Shown in pieces: positions 8,286 to 16,929 of a stretch of 48,613 bases of DNA. A model generated the notes under the pieces. That model was not told the origin of the DNA, ran no database searches, and saw only the letters and a list, made by a program, of their open reading frames with translations. The translations under genes and the position numbers were made by a program. This stretch comes from Escherichia phage haarsle. Location of the stretch: the sequence record NC_049828.1; one strand, 5' to 3'. Each line of letters starts with the position of its first letter. Within the stretch, counting starts at the first letter, position 1.

Positions 8286-9566
8286 ATGAGTAAATCACGA
8301 ATCGTTAAGGCTGACGGCTACAACGAGATCTTTAAAGGCGAGAATTGCAAATCGCGAGTAGAGCAACCATTCTACATGCAGTCAATGCCATACAAGACGC
8401 TTGCTGACTTTTACGAAAAAGATGGCCTGGCAAAAAGGATTATTGACGTAGTACCAGAGGAAATGGTTTCCCCTGGCTTTACTGTTGACGGCGTGGCAGA
8501 CGAGGCAGCATTCCGTTCTTTGTGGGATGAGAAGCGATTGAATGCAAAAATCATTGATGCGCTTTGCTGGTCGCGTTTGTTTGGCGGATCTGCAATCATT
8601 GCTCTTGTTCAGGATGGGCGTGCGCTCAAATCACCTGTAAAGCCTGGCGCTGTGCTGGAAGATGTTCGCGTTTACGATCGCTATCAGATTCGAGTTGAGG
8701 CGCGCGAAACTAATCCCCGCAAGGTTCGCTATGGTGAGCCAGTGCTTTACACTGTAACGCCAGGCGGAGACTTGCCGGAATACCAGGTACACTACACGCG
8801 AGTTTGCATTATCGACGGTGAGCGGATACCTAACGCAAAACGACGCAGCAATGATGGATGGGGTGAGTCAGTTCTTAACAAGCGACTTATTGAGGCTATT
8901 GTTGATTATAACTATTGTGAAACATTAGCGACGCAATTATTGCGAAGAAAACAACAGGCAGTATGGAAAGCTAAAGGTCTTGCGGACTTGTGTGATGATG
9001 AGGAAGGTGTTAGCGCGGCACGCCTGAGACTTGCGCAGGTTGACGACGAGGGCGGAGTAGGCAAGGCCATTGGTATTGATGCTGAGGATGAGGAATATGA
9101 TGTTCTTAACTCTGACATTAGCGGCGTTGATTCTTTTCTTGAAAAGAAAATGGATCGCATAGTTTCCCTTTCAGGTATTCATGAAATCATCCTGAAAAAT
9201 AAAAACGTTGGCGGCGTTAGCGCAAGCCAAAACACGGCGCTTGAAACATTCTATAAACTTATTGAGCGAAAACGCGTTGAGGATTACAAGCCCATCCTTG
9301 AATTTCTATTGCCGTTCATCATTAGTGAGCAGGAGTGGAGCATTGAGTTTTCACCTTTGAGCGTGCCTAGCGATAAAGATCAGGCTGAAATTCTGAATAA
9401 GAATATCGACTCAATCAGCAAGGCTATTGATGGTCAGTTCCTTGATGTTGAAGAAGCGCGAGACACGTTGCGAGCAATCGCCCCAAGCGTTAAACTAAAG
9501 GACACTAATAAAATCAAGCTGCCGGAGCCATCGGAGCCGGAGCCAGGCACACAGGGGAATGAGTAA
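8286..9566 (+). CDS. portal protein (426 aa)
   Basis: Size and position after the large terminase; RBS GGAGGAAAG. Confidence 0.75.
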   Translation: MSKSRIVKADGYNEIFKGENCKSRVEQPFYMQSMPYKTLADFYEKDGLAKRIIDVVPEEMVSPGFTVDGVADEAAFRSLWDEKRLNAKIIDALCWSRLFGGSAIIALVQDGRALKSPVKPGAVLEDVRVYDRYQIRVEARETNPRKVRYGEPVLYTVTPGGDLPEYQVHYTRVCIIDGERIPNAKRRSNDGWGESVLNKRLIEAIVDYNYCETLATQLLRRKQQAVWKAKGLADLCDDEEGVSAARLRLAQVDDEGGVGKAIGIDAEDEEYDVLNSDISGVDSFLEKKMDRIVSLSGIHEIILKNKNVGGVSASQNTALETFYKLIERKRVEDYKPILEFLLPFIISEQEWSIEFSPLSVPSDKDQAEILNKNIDSISKAIDGQFLDVEEARDTLRAIAPSVKLKDTNKIKLPEPSEPEPGTQGNE

Positions 9567-10330
9567 TGAAAGTGAAGGGCGTCGTTAAACAATGGCGCTT
9601 TCCTGAAGCAAGCGAGCGGCAATTTAGCCGCTCAATTCAGGAGGCAATTAGAGATCTTGTGGTTCTCATGCGCAAGCGAACAAAAGCGATGAAGTTTGAC
9701 GCAACAGATAATGAGATCAACAGCGCAGAAGATGAAATTAACAGCCTGGCAACTGACCTTATAGCTGGCATTGTTTCAACTCTTCCTGCAATCGCGTTGA
9801 CCATTTATAAATTCAATGCTAAGCAGTTTATCAATGTTGCCAAGTCAACTGGCGGAAAGGATAATACGGCGGTAATTGTTTTGATCGCGGTTGGCGCTAA
9901 CGCTAACGAGGATTGGTATCAGACGCTCTACGGTCAATGGCACGGGCTTACAGAATCATCGCTAAGGAAGTTGTTCACAAATATTGTGTCTGACTGGTCA
10001 ATAAACATTCGCAATGCAAACTTTCGCGGAAGTAATGATAAACAGGTTAATGATCTTGCAGAAAAGAGATTTGCTGTTTATAGCTCTTGGGGCAAAACAA
10101 GATCAGAAAACATTATCGGCGCGTGGAATAGTCGCCTGATGCGCCAGCGTCTTTATGATGCTAAGGTAACTCATTATTTCTGGCATGGAATGTTAGATGA
10201 TAGAGAGCGATTGCAGCATGTGTTATGGGAAGGTAAAAGAATAGCTCTTGATGCAATTCATGATTTCCCTGGTGAGCCGTGGAGTTGCCGTTGCTGGGCG
10301 ATTCCAGATTGGAATAGTAAAGGAGAGTAA
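9566..10330 (+). CDS. minor head protein, MuF-like head morphogenesis protein (254 aa)
   Basis: Synteny after the portal gene; coupled start. Confidence 0.65.
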   Translation: MKVKGVVKQWRFPEASERQFSRSIQEAIRDLVVLMRKRTKAMKFDATDNEINSAEDEINSLATDLIAGIVSTLPAIALTIYKFNAKQFINVAKSTGGKDNTAVIVLIAVGANANEDWYQTLYGQWHGLTESSLRKLFTNIVSDWSINIRNANFRGSNDKQVNDLAEKRFAVYSSWGKTRSENIIGAWNSRLMRQRLYDAKVTHYFWHGMLDDRERLQHVLWEGKRIALDAIHDFPGEPWSCRCWAIPDWNSKGE

Positions 10331-10333
10331 TTA

Positions 10334-11446
10334 ATGAAGGCAAAACAAAGATTTGATAGCGTCCAGGTTAAGGCGCATTTTGATGATAATGGCTTTTTAG
10401 TGGATCGCCCAATTGTGGCGCGAATTGGCTTGCAGGAGTATCACACGCCGTATGGAATCAGACGAGAGTTCAGACCAGCGTCCGAGGTGTTCAAAGCTGA
10501 TTCCCTTGCCACGTTCGCAGGAAAGCCGATCACTATCGGTCACGTCACGGTAACACCGGACAATGCGGATCAGGTTGTTGTTGGTTCATGCGCTGGTGCT
10601 GGTGTTCCAAATGGTGTTGGCGTTGAAGTTCCGTTAAGCATTTACTCAAAGCGAGCAATTGAGAGCGCAAAAAAGAAAGACACAGCCGAAATTTCAGTTG
10701 GTTACACATCCATTGATATTGATAAGCCAGGATGGGGAAACAATAAAACTGGTGATTACTTATTTGAGGAAGATATTAAAGAAGACTGGAAGCCGGATTC
10801 TCCTGATTGGGTAAAATTTGACGCCATTCAGACTAACATCCGAGTTAATCACATTGCGCTTGTCTTTCGTGGTCGTGCTGGCATTGCCAAATTAAATCTT
10901 GATAGTGAACAAGATTTTCCGTATAGTGACGAGGTTCTAAATGACAAAGGAGATGAGGAAATGACAGTAAAAATTAAACTTGATGGCGCGGTAGAATTTG
11001 ATGTTCAAAAGGCCGTTGCTGATCATATTGAGGCGTTAAAGGCAGATGCAAAAGCTGCAACCGAAAAAGCTGATGGCCTTGAGGCCGAGCGCGACGCCCT
11101 GAAAACTAAAGTCGATGGCATTCCGGCGCAGATTGCAGAAGCTGTTAAGAAGGCAAAGACTGACGCAGAAGAACATGCCAAGCTGGTTGCAGATGCAACT
11201 GAAATTGGCATCAAGTGTGACGGCTTGGACGCTAAAGCGATCAAGGTTGCTTACGTCAAAGAAGTCACTGGCGCTGATATTTCAGAAAAAGCCGATGCAT
11301 ATATTGAAACAGCTTTTGACCTTGCGAAGCAGTCTGATAAAATGGCGGCGCAGCGTAAATCTGTTAAGGGCGATTCTTTCGAATCTGGCAAGAGTGAAAA
11401 AACCGACTCCCTTGATCCTACTGCGCGTTTGAAAAAACTTAAATAA
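10334..11446 (+). CDS. prohead protease/scaffold-like protein (370 aa)
   Basis: C-terminal Ala/Lys/Glu-rich coiled-coil typical of scaffolds; sits between the MuF-like and capsid genes. Confidence 0.5.
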   Translation: MKAKQRFDSVQVKAHFDDNGFLVDRPIVARIGLQEYHTPYGIRREFRPASEVFKADSLATFAGKPITIGHVTVTPDNADQVVVGSCAGAGVPNGVGVEVPLSIYSKRAIESAKKKDTAEISVGYTSIDIDKPGWGNNKTGDYLFEEDIKEDWKPDSPDWVKFDAIQTNIRVNHIALVFRGRAGIAKLNLDSEQDFPYSDEVLNDKGDEEMTVKIKLDGAVEFDVQKAVADHIEALKADAKAATEKADGLEAERDALKTKVDGIPAQIAEAVKKAKTDAEEHAKLVADATEIGIKCDGLDAKAIKVAYVKEVTGADISEKADAYIETAFDLAKQSDKMAAQRKSVKGDSFESGKSEKTDSLDPTARLKKLK

Positions 11447-11458
11447 GGAGAAATAAAC

Positions 11459-11971
11459 ATGGCTACAATTGGAGCAAGCTACTTTGCTGTAATGTCTCGT
11501 GCGTTACCTGGTCAGGTTTCTGACACTTCAGCTTATAATATTGATGGCGCTTGTGTTCTTGAGAATGCGGCAGGCAATCAGAATCAGTCTGTTTTTGTTG
11601 GTGTTGCGGTCCAGCATGGCGGCGTTGACGCTATGGGCAATAAGCTAATTAAGCCGATGGCGGCAAGCGGCAAGGCTTACGGCGTTGCAATTCGATCTCA
11701 CTTTCAGACAACTTCGTCTGACGGTCGAATGATTTATGAATCTGGCGGCGGAATCAACGTAATGACTGAAGGGCGTGTTTGGATGTTGGCTAAAGACGCT
11801 TCCGCGCCAGCTTTCGGCACTGCAATCAAACTGTCTGATGATGGTCAGGTCGATACCACGTCTGGCACTATCGAAACAAACTGGATCGCGACTGGTGATT
11901 TCACCAAGTTTCAAGACTTGAAGCTGGTAGAGGTTCAGGTGCAAAAAGTTCCGGCAGTTTCAGCAGGTTAA
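11459..11971 (+). CDS. capsid decoration-like structural protein (170 aa)
   Basis: Position in the head module; paralogous to the next gene (shared G-x-VW-x-L...APxxG block). Confidence 0.5.
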   Translation: MATIGASYFAVMSRALPGQVSDTSAYNIDGACVLENAAGNQNQSVFVGVAVQHGGVDAMGNKLIKPMAASGKAYGVAIRSHFQTTSSDGRMIYESGGGINVMTEGRVWMLAKDASAPAFGTAIKLSDDGQVDTTSGTIETNWIATGDFTKFQDLKLVEVQVQKVPAVSAG

Positions 11972-11978
11972 TAAATAT

Positions 11979-12003
11979 GGCGCTCACTGAGCGCCTTTTT
12001 TAT
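11979..12003 (+). terminator. Intrinsic terminator (GGCGCTC act GAGCGCC, T-run)
   Basis: Perfect 7-bp GC stem plus TTTTTT. Confidence 0.8.
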
Positions 12004-12016
12004 ATTTGGAGTTCTC

Positions 12017-12451
12017 ATGAGTGATTATTCAGTCATTGTTGGCGCTGAGTCGCCAGGGTGCATGGTCGATTCTTCAATAATGGTGATTAACGGATCTTTC
12101 GTGTGCGGAGATGAATTTATTGCGCCAGGTAAGATTGTGCGACTATCACATATAACAAATGGATACAAAATAGCAAGTGTTAATGGGGATCTCGTTATTG
12201 GCGTGGCAGTAAGGCCGCCGGACTCGTGCATATATGAGGAGGGCGATCCAGTTAATGTGGTTAGTCGAGGTAATGTTTGGTGCTTAACTTCTGAGAGCGA
12301 AGCGCCAGAATATGGAGATAAAGTATTTGTAACGCAAGATGGAGATGTGGCATACAGTGAAGGCGACTTGCTGATTGGTTGGATCTTTACTGGCGAACAT
12401 GTAAAGGTTGATAATGATTCATATATTGTCGGGGTAAGCATTGACCCATAA
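12017..12451 (+). CDS. paralogous decoration-like protein (144 aa)
   Basis: Sequence similarity to the 11459-11971 product, seen by eye. Confidence 0.45.
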   Translation: MSDYSVIVGAESPGCMVDSSIMVINGSFVCGDEFIAPGKIVRLSHITNGYKIASVNGDLVIGVAVRPPDSCIYEEGDPVNVVSRGNVWCLTSESEAPEYGDKVFVTQDGDVAYSEGDLLIGWIFTGEHVKVDNDSYIVGVSIDP

Positions 12452-12468
12452 CACAAAATTATGTTGCA

Positions 12469-12488
12469 CGTTTAACAAAAAATGCTAT
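12469..12488 (-). promoter_or_regulatory. Reverse-oriented module copy M1 (ATAGCATTTTTTGTTAAACG on the minus strand) inside the rightward head operon
   Basis: 20-mer present without the canonical 22-bp spacing; may instead contribute TTGCAC-16-TATCAT plus-strand promoter for the capsid gene. Confidence 0.45.
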
Positions 12489-12534
12489 CATTGGTCCGTT
12501 ACATACTAACGACCTTTATATATGGAGGAAGAAA

Positions 12535-13509
12535 ATGGAAAAAGAAAAATTTGATCAGCTAGATGCGGACATTGTTTCTAGCTATCTGGCTACTCGCGGC
12601 GTTAAAGGTGATGCGTCCGATATGGGTATTTGGGCCGCTCAAGAACTGCATAAGATTCGCTCTAATGCTTACGAGAAAGAATATCCGGCAGGTTCAGCGC
12701 TTCGTGTATTCCCTGTAACTAATGAGCTTTCTGATACTGATAAGACTTTTGAATATCAGATGTTTGACAAAGTTGGTTACGCAAAAATTATCGCTGATTA
12801 CACCGACAACCTGCCGACCGTTGACGCGCTGATGTCTAGCGAATTCGGTAAAGTATTCCGCCTGGGTAACGCGTTCTTGATCTCCATTGACGAAATCAAG
12901 GCTGGTCAGCGCACTGGTAAGAGCCTTTCCACTCGCAAGGCAAACGCAGCGCAAAACGCTCATGATCAGGAAGTTAACCGCCTGGTGTTTAAGGGTTCAA
13001 AGCCGCATAAGATTCTTTCGGTGTTCGAACATCCTAACCTGACAAAGATCGTGTCTTCTGGCTGGTTAAGTAATGATGAAAACACTAAGTTCCCACAGGC
13101 TGCATCTGATGAACTGGAAAAGGCTATTGAAACAATTCAGACCATCACCAATGGTGAGCACCGCGCAACCAATATCTTGATTCCGCCGTCTATGCGCAAG
13201 GTTCTTTCCGTTCGAATGGAAAACACCACTGAAAGTTATCTGGAATACTTCCAGAAACAAAACAGCGGAATCACCATCGACTCAATCGCAGAGCTTGAGG
13301 ATATTGATGGCGCTGGAACGAAAGGTTGCCTGGTATATGAGAAAGACCCGATGAACATGTCGATCGAAATTCCAGAAGCATTTAACATGCTTCCGGCGCA
13401 ACCAAAAGATCTGCATTTCAAAGTTCCGTGCACTTCAAAATGTACTGGCCTGACGATTTACCGTCCGTTTACGCTAGTACTTATTACTGGCTTGAAAAAA
13501 TCAGGTTAA
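12535..13509 (+). CDS. major capsid protein (324 aa)
   Basis: Size and position; strong RBS GGAGGAAG; followed by a strong terminator. Confidence 0.65.
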   Translation: MEKEKFDQLDADIVSSYLATRGVKGDASDMGIWAAQELHKIRSNAYEKEYPAGSALRVFPVTNELSDTDKTFEYQMFDKVGYAKIIADYTDNLPTVDALMSSEFGKVFRLGNAFLISIDEIKAGQRTGKSLSTRKANAAQNAHDQEVNRLVFKGSKPHKILSVFEHPNLTKIVSSGWLSNDENTKFPQAASDELEKAIETIQTITNGEHRATNILIPPSMRKVLSVRMENTTESYLEYFQKQNSGITIDSIAELEDIDGAGTKGCLVYEKDPMNMSIEIPEAFNMLPAQPKDLHFKVPCTSKCTGLTIYRPFTLVLITGLKKSG

Positions 13510-13522
13510 TCGTATAACATTG

Positions 13523-13553
13523 GGGAATCCTTAACTGGATTCCCTTTTTTATT
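13523..13553 (+). terminator. Intrinsic terminator (GGGAATCC ttaact GGATTCCC, T6)
   Basis: 8-bp stem plus T-run after the capsid gene. Confidence 0.8.
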
Positions 13554-13565
13554 GGAGGTTATGAA

Positions 13566-13838
13566 ATGGCTAAAGAAAAAACTGTAACGCTAAAGGTTTC
13601 CGGCGTGTGCCTTATCATTGTTGATGGTGAGCATTATCATCCAGGCAAAGAGTTTGACGTAGAAGAATCAAAATTGAAAACAAGCGCGTTTGAATATCTA
13701 ATTGCAAAAGGCGATCTGGAGGTTAAAGACAACTCCGCATTGAACGAAGAAATCAAACAGAGCGCAGCAAGCAAACGTAAAAAAGACCCACGAGAGGGCA
13801 AGAGCAAAGCCGAACTTGAAGACGGCGGCATCTATTAA
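13566..13838 (+). CDS. hypothetical structural protein (90 aa)
   Basis: ORF with RBS GGAGG. Confidence 0.45.
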   Translation: MAKEKTVTLKVSGVCLIIVDGEHYHPGKEFDVEESKLKTSAFEYLIAKGDLEVKDNSALNEEIKQSAASKRKKDPREGKSKAELEDGGIY

Positions 13839-13844
13839 TAAAGA

Positions 13845-13868
13845 GGGCGCTATAAGCGCCCTTTGTCA
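13845..13868 (+). terminator. Weak terminator-like hairpin (GGGCGC tataa GCGCCC, TTTGT)
   Basis: Stem-loop with a short T-tract. Confidence 0.4.
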
Positions 13869-13885
13869 TATCTGGAGGAAACACA

Positions 13886-14302
13886 ATGGTTGATGAATTT
13901 TTCACTGACGCAGAAATCACGCAGCAAATCGTGAAATTAGCTCCACCGATGAAGCAGATTGATCCAGATTTAATGGTGGCATGGATTGAGCTTGCAAAGG
14001 AATTTGTTTGCAAGAAGCGGTTTAAAGAATCATATCCTAAAGCGGTCGCTCTTTATACGTTGCACCTTATGACGCTTGACGGAGCGATGAAACAGGAAGG
14101 GGAAAGCGTAGAGAGTTACTCACGGCGCGTGGCGTCATTTTCCCTGACTGGTGAATTTAGTCAGACATTTGATCGTGTGTCAGGCGATTCAAGCGGAAAA
14201 GAGATCAGGCAAACTCCGTGGGGTAAAATGTATGAAACGTTAAATCGCAAAAAAGGCGGCGGATTTGGTCTTGTTACTGGATTTAGGAGACGTTGCAAAT
14301 GA
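13886..14302 (+). CDS. head-tail connector/adaptor protein (138 aa)
   Basis: Position between the head and tail modules. Confidence 0.4.
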   Translation: MVDEFFTDAEITQQIVKLAPPMKQIDPDLMVAWIELAKEFVCKKRFKESYPKAVALYTLHLMTLDGAMKQEGESVESYSRRVASFSLTGEFSQTFDRVSGDSSGKEIRQTPWGKMYETLNRKKGGGFGLVTGFRRRCK

Positions 14303-14670
14303 ACTATAACGAGATCGCAAGAATGGCAACCGAAGGAATTAACTTCTTTAGTGATGGCAACGGTGAGTTTAAGTGCATAACGCAGCGTGGAAGCGTTGAA
14401 ATCATCGGAGGCGAAGAAGTAGAAAAGCCAGAGATCAGTGTAATGATTAAAGGTTTAATTCGATCCCCAAAATTACGCGAGGTTGACGGAGAGACAATAC
14501 GAGTAACCGATAAGTTGGGAGTTTTTAACAATAAAGTTGAAATTAAGAACGGGTATCATATTGATGTTGATGGTGAATTATATGTTGTAGTTGAAGCAAG
14601 ACCAATCAGACAAACCAATGTCACTGTTGCTTATCGGCCTATTTTGAGAAGGATTTCTGTACATGGCTAA
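14293..14670 (+). CDS. head-tail joining (head closure) protein (125 aa)
   Basis: Position; overlapping coupled genes. Confidence 0.45.
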   Translation: MQMNYNEIARMATEGINFFSDGNGEFKCITQRGSVEIIGGEEVEKPEISVMIKGLIRSPKLREVDGETIRVTDKLGVFNNKVEIKNGYHIDVDGELYVVVEARPIRQTNVTVAYRPILRRISVHG

Positions 14671-15106
14671 AAACTACACGATAAGAGAATTTCACGGCAA
14701 CATTGATGCGTGGATAAACGCCGTTGATAGTGGACTAAAAGATTGCGTGGAGTTATTCGCCGAAAAAGTACACACAGATTTGGTTAAGCGTTCTCCGGTA
14801 GATACTGGTCGTTACCGTGGAAACTGGCAGGTAACAGCAAATAAGCCGCCATTGTATGCGCTTAACCAGTACGATAAGCACGGCGACAAAACGATCGCGG
14901 AAGGTAAGCGAGCTATATACGCAATATTGAGAGGTGGCGGAGCGGTAAGGGCTATTTATTTTTCAAATATGCTTATTTACGCTAACGCGCTTGAATACGG
15001 TCATTCAAAACAAGCGCCAGCGGGTGTGCTTGGTATTGTTGCCGTGAAGTTGCGTTCATATATGGCTGAAGCAATAAAAGAGTCGAGGGCTAAAAATGCA
15101 CTATGA
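14663..15106 (+). CDS. tail completion/neck protein, HK97 gp10-like (147 aa)
   Basis: DTGRYRGNW motif resembles the HK97 gp10 family signature. Confidence 0.55.
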   Translation: MAKNYTIREFHGNIDAWINAVDSGLKDCVELFAEKVHTDLVKRSPVDTGRYRGNWQVTANKPPLYALNQYDKHGDKTIAEGKRAIYAILRGGGAVRAIYFSNMLIYANALEYGHSKQAPAGVLGIVAVKLRSYMAEAIKESRAKNAL

Positions 15107-15494
15107 ATTAATGCTATCGGCGCGCAAGGCGCTGGCGACTGAATACGAAAACAGATTCATGATCTCTTATGAAAACGTAGAGTTTACGCCACCTGGTGAC
15201 GGTTCGCCGTGGTTGAAGTTTGACTATACCGAAGTTGACACAGAATACTTGTCATTGGATCGCAAATGTGTTTCCTATATCGGAATGATTCAGGTTGGCA
15301 TTGTGTTTCCGCCAGGTTACGGAACTGACAGGCCGCGCGTTCTAGCTAAAGAGATTGCGCAATTCTTTTACGATGGTAAAATGCTGGAGCATGGTTATAT
15401 ATATGAGGGTGCAAGAGTTCACAAGCCGCTCAAGAGTGAAAGCGGTTGGATTCTCCCAATAAGGTTTTATGTTCGAATTGAAACAAAGGAGTAA
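15096..15494 (+). CDS. tail terminator-like protein (132 aa)
   Basis: Position immediately before the major tail gene. Confidence 0.45.
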   Translation: MHYELMLSARKALATEYENRFMISYENVEFTPPGDGSPWLKFDYTEVDTEYLSLDRKCVSYIGMIQVGIVFPPGYGTDRPRVLAKEIAQFFYDGKMLEHGYIYEGARVHKPLKSESGWILPIRFYVRIETKE

Positions 15495-15499
15495 AAATT

Positions 15500-16162
15500 A
15501 TGCATTTACCAAATGGATCGCAAATTTTCGTTGAGAGCAATCGCGGCAGCGAAATCCAAGCAACGGCAGTATCAAACGCTAAAGATCCTGTATTCACCGT
15601 TGCATCTGGTGGCACTGCGTACAAGAAAGGCGATTATGTAATCATCACTGCGTCCTCCTGGGGCAAGCTGATTGATCGTGTTATGCGTGTAAAGGCTAAC
15701 GGTGAAGAAACAAGCGTGACTCTTGAGGGTGTTGATACTACCGATCAGAACGTGTTCCCGACTGGAGGCACTGCATCTTTTGCCAAGATTGATGCATGGA
15801 CTGAGATCCCTTGCGTTCAGGATTTGTCGCAGGACGGCGGAGAGCAGCAATATTACACTTATCAGTGTTTGGCGGACGACCAGGAGCAGCAGTTACCTAC
15901 CTATAAGAGCGCGGTTTCTCTTACCTACACTTTTGCGCACGAATACGATAACGCGATCTATCCGCTATTGCGTTCAGCAGATGAATCCGGTGAAGTAACA
16001 GCACTTCGCATGTATGTACCGAAAGCGAAAGAGATGCGTTGCTGGGCTGGTGTCCTTTCGTTTAACGAAATCCCACAGACCACCGTTAACGAAATGGAAA
16101 CTGTTTCCCTGTCTGTATCCCTGAAAGGTCGATTCACCTTCCTACCTTCTCAAGTAGCATAA
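15500..16162 (+). CDS. major tail protein (220 aa)
   Basis: Position upstream of the G/GT chaperones; followed by a strong terminator as usual for abundant structural genes. Confidence 0.7.
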   Translation: MHLPNGSQIFVESNRGSEIQATAVSNAKDPVFTVASGGTAYKKGDYVIITASSWGKLIDRVMRVKANGEETSVTLEGVDTTDQNVFPTGGTASFAKIDAWTEIPCVQDLSQDGGEQQYYTYQCLADDQEQQLPTYKSAVSLTYTFAHEYDNAIYPLLRSADESGEVTALRMYVPKAKEMRCWAGVLSFNEIPQTTVNEMETVSLSVSLKGRFTFLPSQVA

Positions 16163-16167
16163 TCACA

Positions 16168-16192
16168 AGGGGCGTTGCGCCCCTTTTTTTGT
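16168..16192 (+). terminator. Intrinsic terminator (AGGGGCG ttg CGCCCC, T7)
   Basis: GC stem plus TTTTTTT. Confidence 0.85.
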
Positions 16193-16204
16193 TACTGTAC
16201 AATC

Positions 16205-16248
16205 ATGCTACACGATTCATAATCAATTCTTTTAACAAAAAGTGCTAT
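16205..16248 (-). promoter_or_regulatory. Reverse-oriented module M2 (antisense to the tail operon), -10-like TAGCAT
   Basis: 20-mer at 16229-16248 in minus orientation with a 22-bp spacer; would transcribe antisense into the major tail gene. Confidence 0.45.
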
Positions 16249-16261
16249 CAAGGAGAAAGAA

Positions 16262-16579
16262 ATGTCAAAAATGAAATTGACGATTGGGCCGCTTCCTGAT
16301 TTTAAATTACCAGTGAAATTTGCAATGCCTAACGGAGAAGATCAAACAATTATCTTCACAGTTCGCCACCGCAAAACAAGTGAGATTCACGAGCGCTACA
16401 CGTCAGATACTCCAATGAGCGATGTTGAAATGATCACCTTCCTTGCTTCTGGTTGGAATCTTGATGATGAATTTAACGAAGAAAATATTAAACAGCTTCT
16501 TGATTACTACCCAGCAACAGCAATCGGATTAACTAGCGCATACATGAAAGCGCTTGCGGGGCAGCGAGTAAAAAACTAA
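16262..16579 (+). CDS. tail assembly chaperone (G-like, 105 aa)
   Basis: Position between the major tail and tape measure genes; slippery site at its 3' end. Confidence 0.75.
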   Translation: MSKMKLTIGPLPDFKLPVKFAMPNGEDQTIIFTVRHRKTSEIHERYTSDTPMSDVEMITFLASGWNLDDEFNEENIKQLLDYYPATAIGLTSAYMKALAGQRVKN

Positions 16580-16890
16580 AAAGGGCGGTTTACCTGTTTT
16601 ATCAGAAACCGCCGACAGATGCAGAGCTTGAGGCTGTTGGCCTTACAAGGGCAGACTATGAAGGAGAAGATCCGCCAGAGGTTATATTTGATGAAAGCAT
16701 GATGCAATCATGGGATATATTTTGCGCAATGCAAACGCAATGGAGATGTTCAGGCGGTGGCGCTTACGGATTTGATTATAATGTCTTGCCTATGCTTTTT
16801 GAGATTTACAAGGTTGAGGATCGCGAGATGGCGCTAAACGACTTGCGAATCATGGAGCAAAAAGCACTTGAAATGATGCATTCAAAATAA
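16262..16890 (+). CDS. tail assembly chaperone GT-like fusion produced by -1 programmed frameshift
   Basis: Heptamer A_AAA_AAC at 16570-16576; the -1 frame is open to 16890; downstream stem-loop. Confidence 0.65.
16570..16613 (+). other. -1 frameshift signal: slippery heptamer AAAAAAC plus stimulatory hairpin (stem 16584-16591 / 16606-16613)
   Basis: Canonical X_XXY_YYZ heptamer with a 7-nt spacer to an 8-bp stem. Confidence 0.7.
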
Positions 16891-16913
16891 GCGCCTACGG
16901 GCGCTTTTTTATT
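16890..16913 (+). terminator. Terminator-like hairpin (GCGCC tac GGGCGC, T6) directly upstream of the tape measure gene
   Basis: Stem-loop plus T-run; likely partial (attenuating) termination. Confidence 0.7.
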
Positions 16914-16929
16914 ACCTGGAGGATTAATA

